From the NCBI RefSeq assembly GCF_006345805.1, contig NC_043001.1, positions 40,920,001-40,984,000 on the forward strand: 64,000 bases of DNA. Reading direction: 5' to 3'. Every line of letters begins with the position of its first letter. Position 1 is the first letter of the stretch. Shown here one piece after another: positions 25,388 to 39,338 of the stretch. The notes under the pieces are model-generated. The model was given only the letters and a program-made list of their open reading frames with translations. It was not told where the DNA came from and searched no databases. The translations under genes and the position numbers were made by a program. Source of the stretch: Octopus sinensis (lineage: Eukaryota).

Positions 25388-25566
25388 GCCATTAGCATTT
25401 AAATTGGCCATATCTAGCCTAAATATTCTACCTGTTTTATGTTTGTCATTCTAAAAATATAGTCGCATCATCAAAACCTCAAAGCTATGAGATAATGCAT
25501 GATTAATTCAAAACAATATGAATAAATAAGCTTTACATTTGATAGAGTGAGATAAATGCTAAAAGA
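25388..25566 (-). mobile_element. TTAA-flanked MITE (piggyBac-like)
   Basis: TTAA on both sides; ends ..ttagcattt / aaatgctaa.. Inverted homologue of 30928-31117. Confidence 0.65.
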
Positions 25567-26061
25567 TTAAACAACACTTATTCAGGGACCTTTGAAGCAG
25601 GATGGACTAATTGACTTGAAAAAATTTAACTGGGTCCTACCTGCAAGACCATGTGTTGTTTATATGAGGTTACCGTATTATGCACATATGGTTGTAATGC
25701 ATGTCCCTAGTGTACCCTTATCAGACTAGTAGTCATAATGAGTATATTGGGCTTTACATGTTTGTACCCCAGCATCACTTTGATGACATGCATTGCTCTC
25801 TCACTCAATAATAATAATGACACCTTATCATCAGTTTTTCTCTGCATGAGAGTAATGGATAAAATAATTAATACAAACAATGGCACAAATGAGGACGGAA
25901 CTTCAGGTGATGGACTCTTGCCTGGTAGGTGCCCTCTTGGGTGAGCAGCATATGCCCAGTCATCATTCTATGGTTGCCACAACAAAATGGTCTAAGGCAA
26001 TAAATATAGCTGTCATAGGCATGAGGGTAGAACATGCTCAAAAGGTTACATAAGGGTAGAA

Positions 26062-26221
26062 CATCATCATCATCATCGTTTTACATCCGCTTTCCATGCT
26101 AGCATGGGTTGGATGGTTTAACTGGCTCTGGGAAGCCAGAAGGCTGCACCAGGCCCAGTCAGCCTTCTGGCTTCCCAGACCCAAGTTAAACCGTCCAACC
26201 CATGCTAGCATGGAAAGCGGA
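26062..26221. repeat. Fold-back made of two inverted RTE-tail fragments
   Basis: Arms 26086-26146 and 26160-26221 are near-perfect reverse complements with a 13-nt spacer. Confidence 0.9.
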
Positions 26222-29200
26222 CATGTTTAAAAATACTGCTCTGTTGGGAACAGTGAGGATTTTGAGATTGGTGCTTGAGTGTTAAGTATCATGGACAGAG
26301 ACCTTGTGAGACTTTTGACAACAGGTCACTATCTGCTCTCACACTTTCTCTGAGAAATAAAATATAACAACAACAATAATAACTGACTTTACATGTAATT
26401 TTTTGACAGATGTGATTGCACTTAGTCTGCACAATATATTTCTTATGTTAGATATAGCTCTCTCTGATCTGATGCAGCTGTCTCAATTCAAGTCTATCTT
26501 ATGGTTCAACTGCTGTGATGATACTTTAATAGTGACTTGTAGTTTTTTTATCAATCATTATATGCACACACTATTTATCACCTTTACATATATGTTGTTT
26601 AATGTTTCTAATATTCAAGACATTTTCTCAATTAATTTACATTCCTTCTTTTTCTCAAGTTCCTATAGCATATTCAACAAATTATTCTTTCTTATGTTAA
26701 TCATGTCTTGTTACAGCTTGTTTTTCAAGCTCTACTTCTATATTTTGCTGTTATATCAAACAAGCTTTTTGTAAATTACTTAATATGCACGTAGCTAAAA
26801 TCTATTATTCTTTTACTATTTTACTGGTTTCAGCCAGAGGCTGGGGCCATGCTAGAGCACTGACGTTCATCTGTTAATTTTTGTGAAAAAGTATTTCTCT
26901 AAATGTCTGCATTCCATTTATTTTTATAGTTACTACATTGTAAACTGGGCTCAAACATACATAATAAAATGATCTACTGTATCTGGTCTACTAGATGGTT
27001 AGTGGATAGTCTTCTAACTTTAGTTAGTCGTTCTCAGTTACTGCAATCATATAAAATATTTAGAAGGGAAGTTGCTAACAGTTTACTTGAGATTACACAG
27101 CAACAATGTAAACTTATTTAACCCTTTTGTTACTAACCTGGCCAAAACTGGCTCTGGCTCTGTGGTAAAATGTCTTGTTTTCTTAAGTTTTGAATTAAAA
27201 TATTCCACCAAGCCTTAGTCACAATTTACGTTCCTAACATTAGCTTAATGATAACTAAGTTATTTTACTAAATTCTTTGTTATCATCATCATTTAACATC
27301 CGTTTTCGATGCTAGCATGGGTTGGACAGTTCGACCGGGGTCTGGTAAGCCATGGAGGCTGCACCAGGCTCTAGTCTGATTTGGCAGTGTTTCTACAGCT
27401 GGATGCCCTTCTAACACTATCCACTCTGTGAGTGTAGTGGGTGTTATTTAAAATAATTGAAAGAAACACAGAGCATCTCAAAATAAATACAGTGATGACG
27501 AGACATTTAATTCTTCTTATATATTGAGCTCAGTTATTCCTTATGGTGTTGGGCTGTTGAGTCTTCTCCCATAAGCTAATACCTTAGACTTGATGTGAGG
27601 GTCTCTGTATGGTTAGCAATAACAGCCGAATAACATGATAACATCTTACCATCTTCAAAAAGGAAGAAAACATTGAATATTGTAGTCCTGAAAATGAAAA
27701 GACTGGATAACCAAGCTAGAATGTTTTTGATCCTAAATTTGCTCAGTTAAGATTGCTCTGAGACTAAACAATTATCTTAGAAATGTACTAATTTTTTCAG
27801 GTTTCAACTCTTTTGTAGCACCTAGATTAATTCTTCATTGAATGACTGGTTATCTGCACACAAGCATTTCAACAAATAGTTTGCCTGGAGTTATTTTGTT
27901 TGGGCTTTAAGAATAAATATGTAAACCAATGTATGAGAAGAATTGATTGAACTTGAAACACTGCAGTGAATGTACTTCTGATCTTGGTTCAACATTTTAC
28001 TATTTCATACATGAAGAGGGATACAAGCAACTTGTATTTTCCGTGCATCCATACTTCACTTGCTTCTTGCTTATCAAACAATAGCATATGAGATCATACC
28101 AAGTATTATGTTAATTAATTTCAGATAAAATTGTTTTGTACCGTAACAAGATTCGAACCTGAGTCACCACATAATGGACTTCAAGTCATGACATGGCTCG
28201 ATTCTTTCACATGTGAAGCCAAGTTATCAACCAATTGGTGGCTGTTTTTTATGTGATAGTTTCTCTAAAGCTTTCTTGATTGTTCTCCATAATAAACCAA
28301 TAAATAAAGATGGTTTTAAGTGTCAATGTGCAGTCTGATATACACACTCCATCTTACATAGTCTTTCTAACAATTGCATGCTCATCCAGATATGCACTAT
28401 GTGATGGCAGATATAAAGCGATGTGTATCTATGTTACACTGTTTAATCTAGCCTTTATATCCAGCCACCATGAATGTGACATTATGTTCCATGCATCTTG
28501 TTGACTCTAAGTGGAGAGTTTTGTAATTCATAACCAATTTGTGCAGTGTAAATAAAACCATATTTAACTTTTGGAATGATGCTTGTCTAAATTACACTCT
28601 GCCTCATGTTCATAACCAGCCAATAACTCACAGTTACAGTACTTTACTAAACAGGGTGACTTTCCATTACCTCAACCAGTGTGTTCCAGAATTAGCTATT
28701 ATGTTCTCTACACTCTTTTACACAACATTTCAAACTAAACATCAACCTCATTAGCCAGTGTGGAAGGGGCTACAAGGATGATGAGTGCCACTGCTGCTGC
28801 TGCTGCTCCCCCTCCTCTGGTTAACTAATCTTTTTTTTTTGCCACAATAGGCACAAGGCCTGAAAGTTTGGAGAAGTGGGCTAGTCAATTATATTACCCC
28901 ATATGCTCGATTAGTACTTATTTTATCTATGTCAGAAGGATGAAAGACAAAGTGGACCATGGTGAAATTTGAACTCAAAATGTAATGTGTCCAAAGAAAT
29001 ACATTTTGTCTGAAATGCTAATGACTCTGCCAGGTCACTGCCTTCTCTGACTAATCATAAATGCCTTTTGTTTTAGTAATCGCACTAGATATACAACATT
29101 GGCCTTGCCACAACAATGACCTTCACCACAATAGAGAAATAATAAAATAAAATAAAATAAAAGTATTCTAAAAACTAGAAATAGTGTTTGTTCTTATTTA

Positions 29201-30927
29201 ATGACATGAAGTTACACATTATTTTCTGATTAAGACAATATTAGAAGTTTTAGCTTTTCTCAAAGACATTGATGAATCAAAGGAAGAGGATTGGCAGAGT
29301 CTTCATAACATCAAACAGAATTGCTTGCAACATTTTTTTCTGGCTCTCAAATCCTGCTGAGGTCAACCTACCTGTCTTTCATCCTTCTGGGTTGATAAGT
29401 AAAATTTCTCTCAAAAGACAGGCCCGTACTGTGAAAGAGTTTGCTTTGCAACCATGTGGTCTCAGGTTCAGTTGTCTTCTACTACAGCTTCAAGCTAACC
29501 AATGCTTTGTGATTGAAACTGAGAGATGAAAACTGTGTGGAAGATCATGCATGTGCATGCGTGCATGTATGTGTGTGTACAAAATCGAGCAAGACTTTCA
29601 GCAGCTACCATATTTTGTTACCTTATGTCAATTAAAACATGATTAATGGAAGCTGAATGTATCATTTAACACATGATTAATGAAAGCTGAATCTAAATAA
29701 AACCAATATTAAAGTTAATCCTTCCATTAAGCCTAGTGTTCCCTAGGGCTTGACTACAGTTTTGTAGCGCTAAGTAAATAAGAGATAAATTTCCTCTTAG
29801 ATATGATGTTAGTTTATTGCAAATAACATTTACCAAAAAATACCTGATACCTGCAATGTAGCATGGACTCATGAACATGAGCTGGCAAACCAATGCTTTA
29901 TCCATCTAATCATCTTACAATAATATAAAAATAAACTTCACTTGTAAGATATAGAGATGAATGAACTTGATATTGACACATGTAATACTCAATCATTAGT
30001 AAATACACAGTTATAATAACGAATATGAGACATAATTTGGAAGAAAACATGATATGCTAAAAACTAACACAACAGGACCAAATGAAAGAAATACAATTTA
30101 AAGTCACATGTAAAGGAAGAGAAAGAAAGAAAATTGCATGGTAAAGAGAAGACATCAGTGTCAGAAAAGGAACCTAAATCACAGTTAATAAACCAGTAGC
30201 TAAACATTACATATTTTGAATATTAATCTAATAATATATGTGAATAAAAGCACAGACAAATTAGGCTAAACTATTGATGTAAATAACTAGAAAACATTTC
30301 CGTTCATCAACCAGAAAGTCGTAATCCATGTCCAGTTAAAAATAGAGGTAACTAAAATAATGGTGAACACAGATGTAATTGAAAAATTACCATTTTGAAT
30401 ATTGATTTCTATATTCATTGGATCCAAAACCAAATGTTGCTATGAAAGTGACATAATGATTAAATAACTTCGAATCTATTACTGGTTGTTTTATTATAAC
30501 AGAAAGAGTCGTTAGGGTATTGGATAAAATGCATTGCAGTATTTATGGCTTTTTATGTTTTGAGTTCAAATCTACTAAGGTCAGCTTTATCCTTCATCAT
30601 TTCATGGGCAATAAATAATGTCCCAGTCAAGTACTGGGTGTGAAAACAAAATTTGTAGCCCTGTGCAAATGTAAAAAATCTGTTTTAAATCATACATAAT
30701 TGAAAATTAATGGTATTTATTTGCATGTTTGCTCAGAAAATAAGAAATATGAATACGACCATGCTAAAACGTAACTTTACCATAGCCTCAAGTTGACCCA
30801 AGTTATATGAATGAATCTGAATGGACAGAAACTGTGCAGAAGCCCACCAAATGGACAATACCTGTAATTTGAAGGTCTAGTCATATTGCTCTTGTCTCAT
30901 ACTGATTCTACTTAAGAATTACATTAA

Positions 30928-31117
30928 CCTTTTAGCATTCAGATAACTCAGTCAAATGTAATGGTTATTTATTTACATTGTTTTGAGATTTTGATGGCGT
31001 GAGTGTTATTTTTAGAATTACATTGTAGGATAGGTGCGAGAGGTTGGATCCAGCCACTTTGAACTTAAAATATGTAGAACATTTTGGCTGGATATGGCTG
31101 GTTTAAATGCTAACGGG
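30928..31117 (+). mobile_element. TTAA-flanked MITE inserted in a SINE body
   Basis: TTAA|ccttttagcatt...aatgctaacggg|TTAA. The flanks rejoin to tacattaa..gtacac, as in the uninterrupted copy at ~61271. Confidence 0.75.
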
Positions 31118-31929
31118 TTAAAAGTACACATGTTTGAGAAATATTCAGTCACAAAGTGGATGAGTATTCCATGAGTAGGTCATCAACTTAATCAAACAAA
31201 TGGATGAAAAGCAAAATTCACCTTCAGAGGATTTGAACTTGTAGCACGGAGAGTCAAAAATATATATTTACAATCCTGCTAATTCACCTCAATTTACTAA
31301 GACCCCACTAATTAATTCTACCATTAAAACATTGCCAGATCAGACTGGGCCTGGTGCAGCCTTCTGGCTTTTCAGACCCCAGTTGAACCGTCCAACCCAT
31401 GCTAGCATGGAAAGCGGACGCTAAACGATGATGATGATTAAAATATCATCATTGTCATTATACTATCTTTTTTGTCCTTCTTTCATTAACTCATTCTCAG
31501 AGTGTTGGTTATTGCAGTAGTTCTCATTAGCTACTAATTTCCCACTTCTGGCGATAAGATCTGGAGTCAATAAGTAAGTAACTTGATGTAAATTTATATG
31601 TGAAATTGAAGATAAAAGTTATCTGTGCAAACTCCAACTCATAACCAATAGCCAATGGGCAGAGTATTTCAGATGTTATGCTTTTTTACCCCCTTATCAA
31701 TCTATGACATGTCACTGATGAATTTGTTGCTTCGTGCAACTGAAAATATGCATGATATCTTTGCCAGTTGTTGTCATTATCATTGTTCCTGTTCAGCCCA
31801 AGATAACCCTAATAAAGCAAACCTATGATAAAAAGATACAGGTTCCAGATATGACTACACCAACTTTTTTCTCAGACATGTACAACAACATTATTCAATG
31901 TATCCTTCTATTGAGTTCTAAAATATGAT

Positions 31930-32130
31930 AGTCTTTAATTTGCTTCATTCGTTAGACTGTGGCCATGCTGGGGCACTGCCTTGAAGAGTTTAGTCAAACA
32001 TATCAACCCCAGTACTTATTTTTAAGCCTGGTACTTATTCTATCTGTATCTTTTTACCAAACCACAAAGCTACAGTGATGTAAACAAACCAATACAAGTT
32101 GTCCAGTGGTGGTGGTGGTGGTGGTGATGG
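31930..32130 (-). mobile_element. SINE 3' half with CR1-type tail
   Basis: gactgtggccatgctggggcactgccttgaag..cctggtacttattc, as at 11862. Confidence 0.7.
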
Positions 32131-32154
32131 ACTAGCAAACACAAAAAACACACA

Positions 32155-32230
<76 letters not shown>

Positions 32231-32234
32231 AATA

Positions 32235-33122
32235 AAGGGGTGTCCGAAAGAAACCAAAATTTTGCAACATTATTTTATTCACTTAGTTTTACATGTTTAC
32301 AATTTTATCACCATCAAAGTATTCTCCATTTGAAGCAATGCATCAGTCCAAACGTGTTTTCCACTGTTCAAAGCAGTGCTGGAACTCTTGTGAAGTGATG
32401 CCTTTTAATGCCTCCATCATTTTTGATTTCAACTCTCCCACATCAGCAAATTCTGTAGCACCAGTTTTCATTACCAGTGATCACCTTTGAAAAACAGTCC
32501 AGATCAACTTTCAGTTCACAGCACGCATTCAGTCATAACTGCTTTTGATCTTCTGTGAGCAAGCAAGGCACAAATTTTGCTGCAAGTCTTTTCATTTGCA
32601 ATTCCTCGTTCAAAATCCGTTGGCCGGAGCTCCAGGACACACCAGTAATATCAACAAGAATGTCAATTATTTGGTGATGATCCTCCAAGATTAGTTCGTG
32701 AATTTTTGTGATGTTTTCATTCATTTGTGAGGTCAACAGTCATCCTGAAGGAGGTTGGTCTTCAGGCAACAGGTGACCATCCTTAAAGTGGGAAAACCAC
32801 TCATAAGCTTGTGTTTTGCTCATGGCAGCGTCCTTGTAAGCAGTTTGAAGCATGACAACTGATTCAGCTGCTGTTTTCCCAAGCAGAAAACAGAATTTCA
32901 CAGCAGCACATTGTTCCTTTGTTTCAGCCATCACAAAAATCAATGAGCAGGGGAGAAGCACTGCAAAACAAAGATGCACCATGTGGCAGTACAATCCCAC
33001 CCAGTAACACTGGTCAGCAGAATGATACCTGAGGGTCTCATCAAGTGGCTTCTAGTAGCAGAAGCCTGAACTACAATGGGCTTGTCCCACAGAGGACGTT
33101 TCCGGTTACTTTTGGGTACTTC

Positions 33123-33127
<5 letters not shown>
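32235..33127 (-). mobile_element. Internally deleted mariner transposon
   Basis: EQCAAVKFCFLLGKTAAE..YEWFSHFKDG, AAKFVPCLLTEDQK and KVITGNE joined directly to the C-terminal FQHCFEQWKTRLD*CIASNGEYFDGD. Diverged TIR-like ends. Confidence 0.9.
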
Positions 33128-33175
<48 letters not shown>

Positions 33176-33318
33176 TATATATACATACATACATATATAT
33201 ATATATATACATACATACATACATAAATACATACATAAATACATACATACATACATACATACATACATAATACATACATAAATACATACATACATACATA
33301 AATACATACATACATAAA

Positions 33319-33410
<92 letters not shown>

Positions 33411-34199
33411 ATATACATACATATATGGGTACAGGACGTCGACATCACCAACAGTAAACAAGATGAAATGCGAAAACAGATATGCAAATAACGAAAGAAT
33501 AAAAGGACAAATAATACAAAGAATGACCCTTCATCAGTTGTCAGATGTCTATCTGCTCCCCATTTTGAGCAATAAAGGACAATATGAGTCTTTGAAGACA
33601 ATTGCCCCATATTACCAAAATAAAATTTTAGATTTATGGTGGGTCAAAATTAGGAACAAAAACAGAACAGTAGAGATATACAGGGAAACCAAACAAAAAC
33701 AAACATGGAGGGTCATAGACCCAAATAAGGGGAAAATAGTGAACACTACCTTCAGCTGGAGTTGAACTCAATACTTTGAACAAATGAAATATCCATCAAT
33801 TTCACAGTTCCACTGCTTTCTGCAGTGATTGTCCTTATTTTGAAGTTTCTGTTTTCAGATAAACTTAGCCATTTAAGAGCTAAGTATCTTAGTCATGGAA
33901 ATCAATATAGTACTGCTGGTTGCATGTGAATTGCCTAGTCCTTGCTTCCTAGAGCGTAATCTTCCTGGAATTTACTCTCTGCCTATATGTTTTCCTGCAG
34001 TTCATCAACTTGTAAATATTTAAGAGGATCATTAATAGTGTTAATCTAATCACTCCTGGAGGGCTTTCCAAACCAAACCAATAAATGATAAAATTTTAAA
34101 AATACTTTTAAACAAAACCTTTGGCTGATTTTCGAATATTCTCTTGACATATCTATATCTCTCTGTTTGAAGGTGACTTTGCAGCTTCTGTCACATATA

Positions 34200-34497
34200 C
34201 GAGGTGTGTTCAAAAAGTGTCCAACTTTATTTTTTCCCACCAAAACCAATGTCATATGGGCAAAATTCTTCAGGTGGAAGGTGATACCACCCTTCCTGCA
34301 CATATGTGGAAATTTTTGTGCTAGTAGTTCATGTCAGTTCCCAGCTGTTATGCCTAGAGGTCAGACATAGTGCATACTCATCAGATTTTCATTTTCACAC
34401 AAGATAATCAAAAGCATTGAGCAGAGACCATGTTTACCCTATGTTGCATTAGTTTTAGCAGGAAAAGTAAACCAGGATACTTTTTGAATGCACCTCG
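34200..34497. mobile_element. Mariner-type MITE
   Basis: TIRs cgaggtgtgttcaaaaagtgtcc / ggatactttttgaatgcacctcg with TA target duplication. Confidence 0.9.
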
Positions 34498-34696
34498 TAT
34501 ATGTAATAGATCCAGTCTTCCTCTTGACATATAACAAAACTTTCAATGATTCGCAGGTGCAGACTAAGGAAATAGTGGTTAGTTCAGTCACAACAGGCAT
34601 TGGTATATAATGCCACATTATTATAATCACTGCCATTCCAATGGTCATCAAAATATTTGGTGTTATTGTTACAGCACCTGCATAAGCTTTACTTAC

Positions 34697-34745
34697 TGGA
34701 GACATTAATCTCTGTACAATGGAATACATTGAATATTTCTGCTGC
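34697..34745 (-). CDS. Putative internal exon (49 nt) of an unidentified minus-strand gene
   Basis: ctctattgtAG acceptor and CCA|GTAAGT donor; stays open when joined to 36439-36519. Confidence 0.35.
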
Positions 34746-34989
34746 CTACAATAGAGGAATTCTTTGTGGTCGTTCAACTAGCAAGAAATAGCAATCAAAT
34801 TTCTCTCAAATCACACCCTACTATTAGATAAACATATTAGATTATGTAGGCCTTGTCACACCATACTATTAGAAAAACTCATTTGGTCATGTAAGCCTAG
34901 ATATATTGAATCAAATCTAAGCATATAAAGTCTTCAGTGTGAAATTAATGATATATAATTATAATTGCAAGTATATAAATTAAATATAA

Positions 34990-35730
34990 ACCTTTGACAA
35001 AATAGAAGGGGATATAGCTTCGTACAATGTGGAAAACAACTGGAGGTTTCTACAAAACAACCAGCTGAGGGCCATTGACCAGATCTGTGGATGGTGCAAA
35101 GTCCCCTCTCGACCCAAAATAACGTGGTGGTGGAACAATGTTGTTGCCAGGGCTATTAGAGAAAAGAAACATGCTTGGAAGGACTGGAAGAACGGTGGTT
35201 GCAGGGAATTGTATCAGATTGCCAGAAGGGAAGGAAGGAGACCGGTTTATTTAGCTAAAGGGGAAGCAGATAAGAAAAAATTTGCCAATGTTCTGCGCCG
35301 TGAGGACCAAAGACTTAAGGTATTTCGTGTTGCAAGACAATGTGTGAGAGAGAATTGTGATGTCGTAGGAAAGAAATGTGTCCACATGGATGATGGCTGA
35401 CTTGCACTAAACGAGGCTGCAAAGAGAGAGGTTTGGAGACACCACTATGAAGGTTGCTCAATAAAGAGAATGAATGAGAGAAAGAGAGTCTGCCGAATGC
35501 TGGCCCAACAGAGGGACCAGCTATCCAAATTGACAGTACCTTGGTAGAAAAAGCAATTAAGAGTATGAAGACAAGAAAAGCCCCCAGCCCATCAGGAATC
35601 ACCACAGAGATGCTCAAAATATCTGGCAGTGTCAGCTATAGCCTAGTCACCCGTATAGTTAACCAGATGATACACGAAGGAGTCATACCCAATGACTGGT
35701 GTAGCAACATAATAGTCAACTGCTACAAAG
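34990..35730 (+). mobile_element. RTE LINE internal fragment
   Basis: TWWWNNVVARAIREKK, KAPSPSGITTEML, IPNDWC; ends abruptly in (GAT)n. Confidence 0.9.
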
Positions 35731-35941
35731 ATGATGATGATGATGATGATAAATTAAATATAAGAATGTAAATACATTCCCTCTAAGCCTTTGATTTGCA
35801 GAAAAAATTGAAAATAGTGGGGACCCATCCGACTGTCAGAAGGACCAGTTCACAATTAGTGAATCAATCATCAGACAAGATATATGTACCTCTTACCTTT
35901 CCTCCCCAACTATTTTAGCATCCTTAGAAAATTTGCTTAAA

Positions 35942-36150
35942 TAGGCACAGGTGTGACTATGTGGTAATAAGTTTACTTCTCAACCATGTGGTTCTGGGTT
36001 CAGTTCCACTGCATGGCATCTTGGGCAAGTGTCTTCTGCTATAGCCTTGGCCAACCAAAGTATTCTGAGTAGTTTTAAAACCCTTCAAGGTGCTGCCCCA
36101 GCTTGGCCTCAGTGAAATGACTGAAATAAGTAAAATGTAAAAGACAAAAG
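35942..36150 (+). mobile_element. Short OK-like SINE joined directly to a CR1-type tail
   Basis: Head ..caaccatgtggttctgggttcagttccactg; tail aaggtgctgccccagcttggcc..atgactgaaataagtaaaa. Confidence 0.75.
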
Positions 36151-36438
36151 ATAGCAGTTAATGACTTGTCACTATAGGGGTTAGCTAAAATTAGCATACT
36201 CTACTTTAGACAGTTCATCATTAATTAAACAATATACATTTAGATCTTGATAGGAGTGGTTATGTCTAGAATGTTTCTCTGTTAGAATTAATTTGGGTCT
36301 AAATAATCACAACTACAATGAATCAACAACAAAAGTTGTAGTAAGAACAACAATAAAGTTGCACTAGTCTTTCCATAGTGTGTATCTTAATCCAAAGGAA
36401 TAATTGCTAGTGTTGTTTTACTATCATCCTCTTCTTAC

Positions 36439-36519
36439 CACTTCTGATAACACCTGATGCTGTGAGGAGATGGGATCAAATAGCTGGACGCTTGTATTGC
36501 TGACATCGTTGTTGTCATC
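36439..36519 (-). CDS. Putative internal exon (81 nt) of an unidentified minus-strand gene
   Basis: catttttAG acceptor and GTG|GTAAGA donor, with a local rise in GC/CpG. Open in two frames (MTTTMSAIQASSYLIPSPHSIRCYQK or DDNNDVSNTSVQLFDPISSQHQVLSEV). Confidence 0.4.
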
Positions 36520-37008
36520 CTAAAAATGCTATTTGGACGTATAATGTAAAGAAGAAAAGAAACTCAAACAAACAACTGTATATTTCATTAAAATATGTAC
36601 TTCCCTTGTTTATTCATTGTGCCATAACTGTAATATTAAAATCAGCTAAAAATAAAAATTGTGAAAAAAAGTGTTTAGAATCATGAGTTATGATGGAAAG
36701 ATTTACCTATTGTATTGTGAAGGTCTGCCATTAAAACATCAATTTTTATAGGTCTCAAAAATTTTTTTTAATTATACGAAACTGAAACAAGCTTGTCTTG
36801 TGGGGAAGTGGAGTGTCTATTTGTCTTTGTATCTGTTTTTGTCTGCTATCACTGCCTGACAACTGCTGTTGGTGTGTTTATGTCCCTGTAACTTAGTGGT
36901 TCGACAAAACAGACCAACAGAATAAGAACCAGGATTCAAAAATAGTAAGTACTGGGGTCAATTGGCTTGATAAACATCTCTCTCTCTCTCTCTCTCTCTC
37001 CTCTCTCT

Positions 37009-37058
<50 letters not shown>

Positions 37059-37069
37059 TATATATATAA

Positions 37070-37100
<31 letters not shown>

Positions 37101-37247
37101 GTATATACATATATATATATATATATACATATATATATACATATATATATACATATATATATATATGTATGTATGTATATATATATATATATATATGTAT
37201 ATACATACATATATGTATATACATATATATATACAATATATATATAT

Positions 37248-37303
<56 letters not shown>

Positions 37304-37320
37304 CATATATACACATACAT

Positions 37321-38897
37321 AGGAAAGAAATGTGTCCACATGGATGATGGCTGACTTGCACTAAACGAGGCTGCAAAGATAGAGGTTTGGAGACACCACT
37401 ATGAAAGGTTGCTTAATAAAGAGAATGAATGAGAGAAAGAGAGTCTGCCGAATGCTGACCCAACAGAGGGACCAGCTATCCGAATTGACAGTACCTTGGT
37501 AGATAAAGCAATTAAGAGTATGAAGACAGGAAAAGCACCCAGCCCATCAGAAATTACCACAGAGATGCTTAAAATAACTAGTGATGTCAGCTATAGTCTA
37601 GTCACCCGTATAGTCAATCAGGTGAGACATGAAGGAGTCATACCCAATGACTGGTGTAACAGCACCATAATCAGCTGCTATGGTAAAGGTAAAGGTGATG
37701 CATTAGATATGAATAATTATAGAGGTATCACGTTGCTGGATCAGGTAAAGGTAATGAAAGTCACTGAGAGGGTCCTAGCCCAACTAATTAGGGAGAGAGT
37801 CAGTATAGACAAGATGCAGTTTGGATTTGCACCAGGCAGAAGCATCACTGAAGCTATATTTCTGGTAAGACAGCTGCAAGAGAATTACCTAGCCAAAGAT
37901 AAACCTTTGTACCTGGTTTTTGTTGACATGGAAAAAGCCATTGACAGAGTCCCCCAATCACTTATCTGGAGGTCAATGCGGAAACTAGGGATAGATGAGT
38001 AGTTAATGACGTCTGTACAAGCCCTATAAAGGGATGCTGTCAGTAAGGTGAGGGTTGGCAACAATTATAGTGAAGAATTCCGGGTAGGGGTAAGGGTCCA
38101 CCAAAGATCAGTCCTCAGCCCCCTCTTATTCATCATAGTCCTCCAGGCAATAACAGAGGAATTCAAGACAGGATGCCCTTGAGAGCTTCTCTATGCTGAT
38201 GACCTTGCTCTAATAGCTGAATCACTACCAGAACTAGAGGAGAAGTTTCAGGTGTGGAAGCAAGGGCCAAAGTCTTAATAAGTAGGAAAGCAGACAAATT
38301 ACAAATCCCTTCAGGTAGGTGGCCCTGATCGATCTGTAGAAAAGGTGTAGGTAGAAACTCCATAAGATGTACCTGGTGTAAGCTATGGACACATCAGAAG
38401 TGCAGCAATATCAAAGGAAGGTTAAATGGGAAGATAGTTTTTGTGTGTGGCAAATGCTCAGGGGCAATAAACACTGAAAATGTGCAGAAAAAAGCCTCTG
38501 TCACATGCCAGGGGGGAAAACTAAAAGTAGTTGATAGCTTCCGTTACCTAGGTGATTAAGTCAGTAGCAGGGGTGGATACTCTGAGAGTGTAGCTGCTAG
38601 AATAAGAATAGTCTGGGCAAAGTTCAGAGAGCTCCTACCTCTGCTGGTGACAAAGGACCTCTCGCTCAATTTAAAAGGTAGACTGTATGACGCATGTGTG
38701 CAAACAGCCATGCTACGCAGCAGGGAAACAAAGGCCATGACTGCTGAGGACATGTGTAAGCTTGCAAGGAATGAAGCCAGTGTGCTCTGCTGGGTGTGTA
38801 ATGTCAGTGTGCATACATGACAGAGTGTAAGTGCCCTGAGAGAAAAGTTGGACTTCAGAAGCATCAGATGTAGTGTGCAAGAGAGATGACTGCACTT
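37321..38897 (+). mobile_element. RTE LINE RT pseudogene fragment
   Basis: NNYRGITLL, QFGFAPGRS, FVDMEKAIDRVP, LYADD, PHD remnant and FRYLG, with several stops. Confidence 0.93.
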
Positions 38898-39303
38898 CAT
38901 CCTCTTTTACCTCCCTTCCTATATATCTACTTCCCAGATCTATGTGCATCACATCTAATTATCATTTCACATAGCTCCACCTACCCCAGAAAGTCAACTT
39001 GCCAAAAGCTGTATAAAACCAAAAAGGAGGTCAAGTGTGGTATAGTCTGACAAAAACTAACTGGTCAAAACTATCATCCTTCTACTTTTAAAAGTTAAAT
39101 AAAAATGTATTCTACTAAAAAGATGTCGAGTAATTTTTCAGATTAATACTAAACTGTTTTTGTATATAATTTCACATAAAAAGAAACATAAAGATATATA
39201 TAGTTAATCCAAACATGAAAACATAAAGAGAAAACACAACAACGCGAGGACATGGAACAAATATAGTATTATTGGACGCTCAGGAAGGAAGGGAAGAAGG
39301 AGG

Positions 39304-39338
39304 GTTTAACGTTTCAAGCGGAGCTCTTCATCAGAAAC
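39304..39338 (-). ncRNA. Minimal type I hammerhead motif (Penelope-type)
   Basis: Reverse complement: GUUU-CUGAUGA-a-GAGC ucc GCUU-GAAA-CGU-U-AAAC. Palindromic AACGUU helix III and a 4-bp stem I. Confidence 0.65.

Noticed and set aside
33520-33605. CTGATGA on the minus strand in a dispersed repeat
   Set aside because: No correctly placed GAAA or closing stems in this copy.
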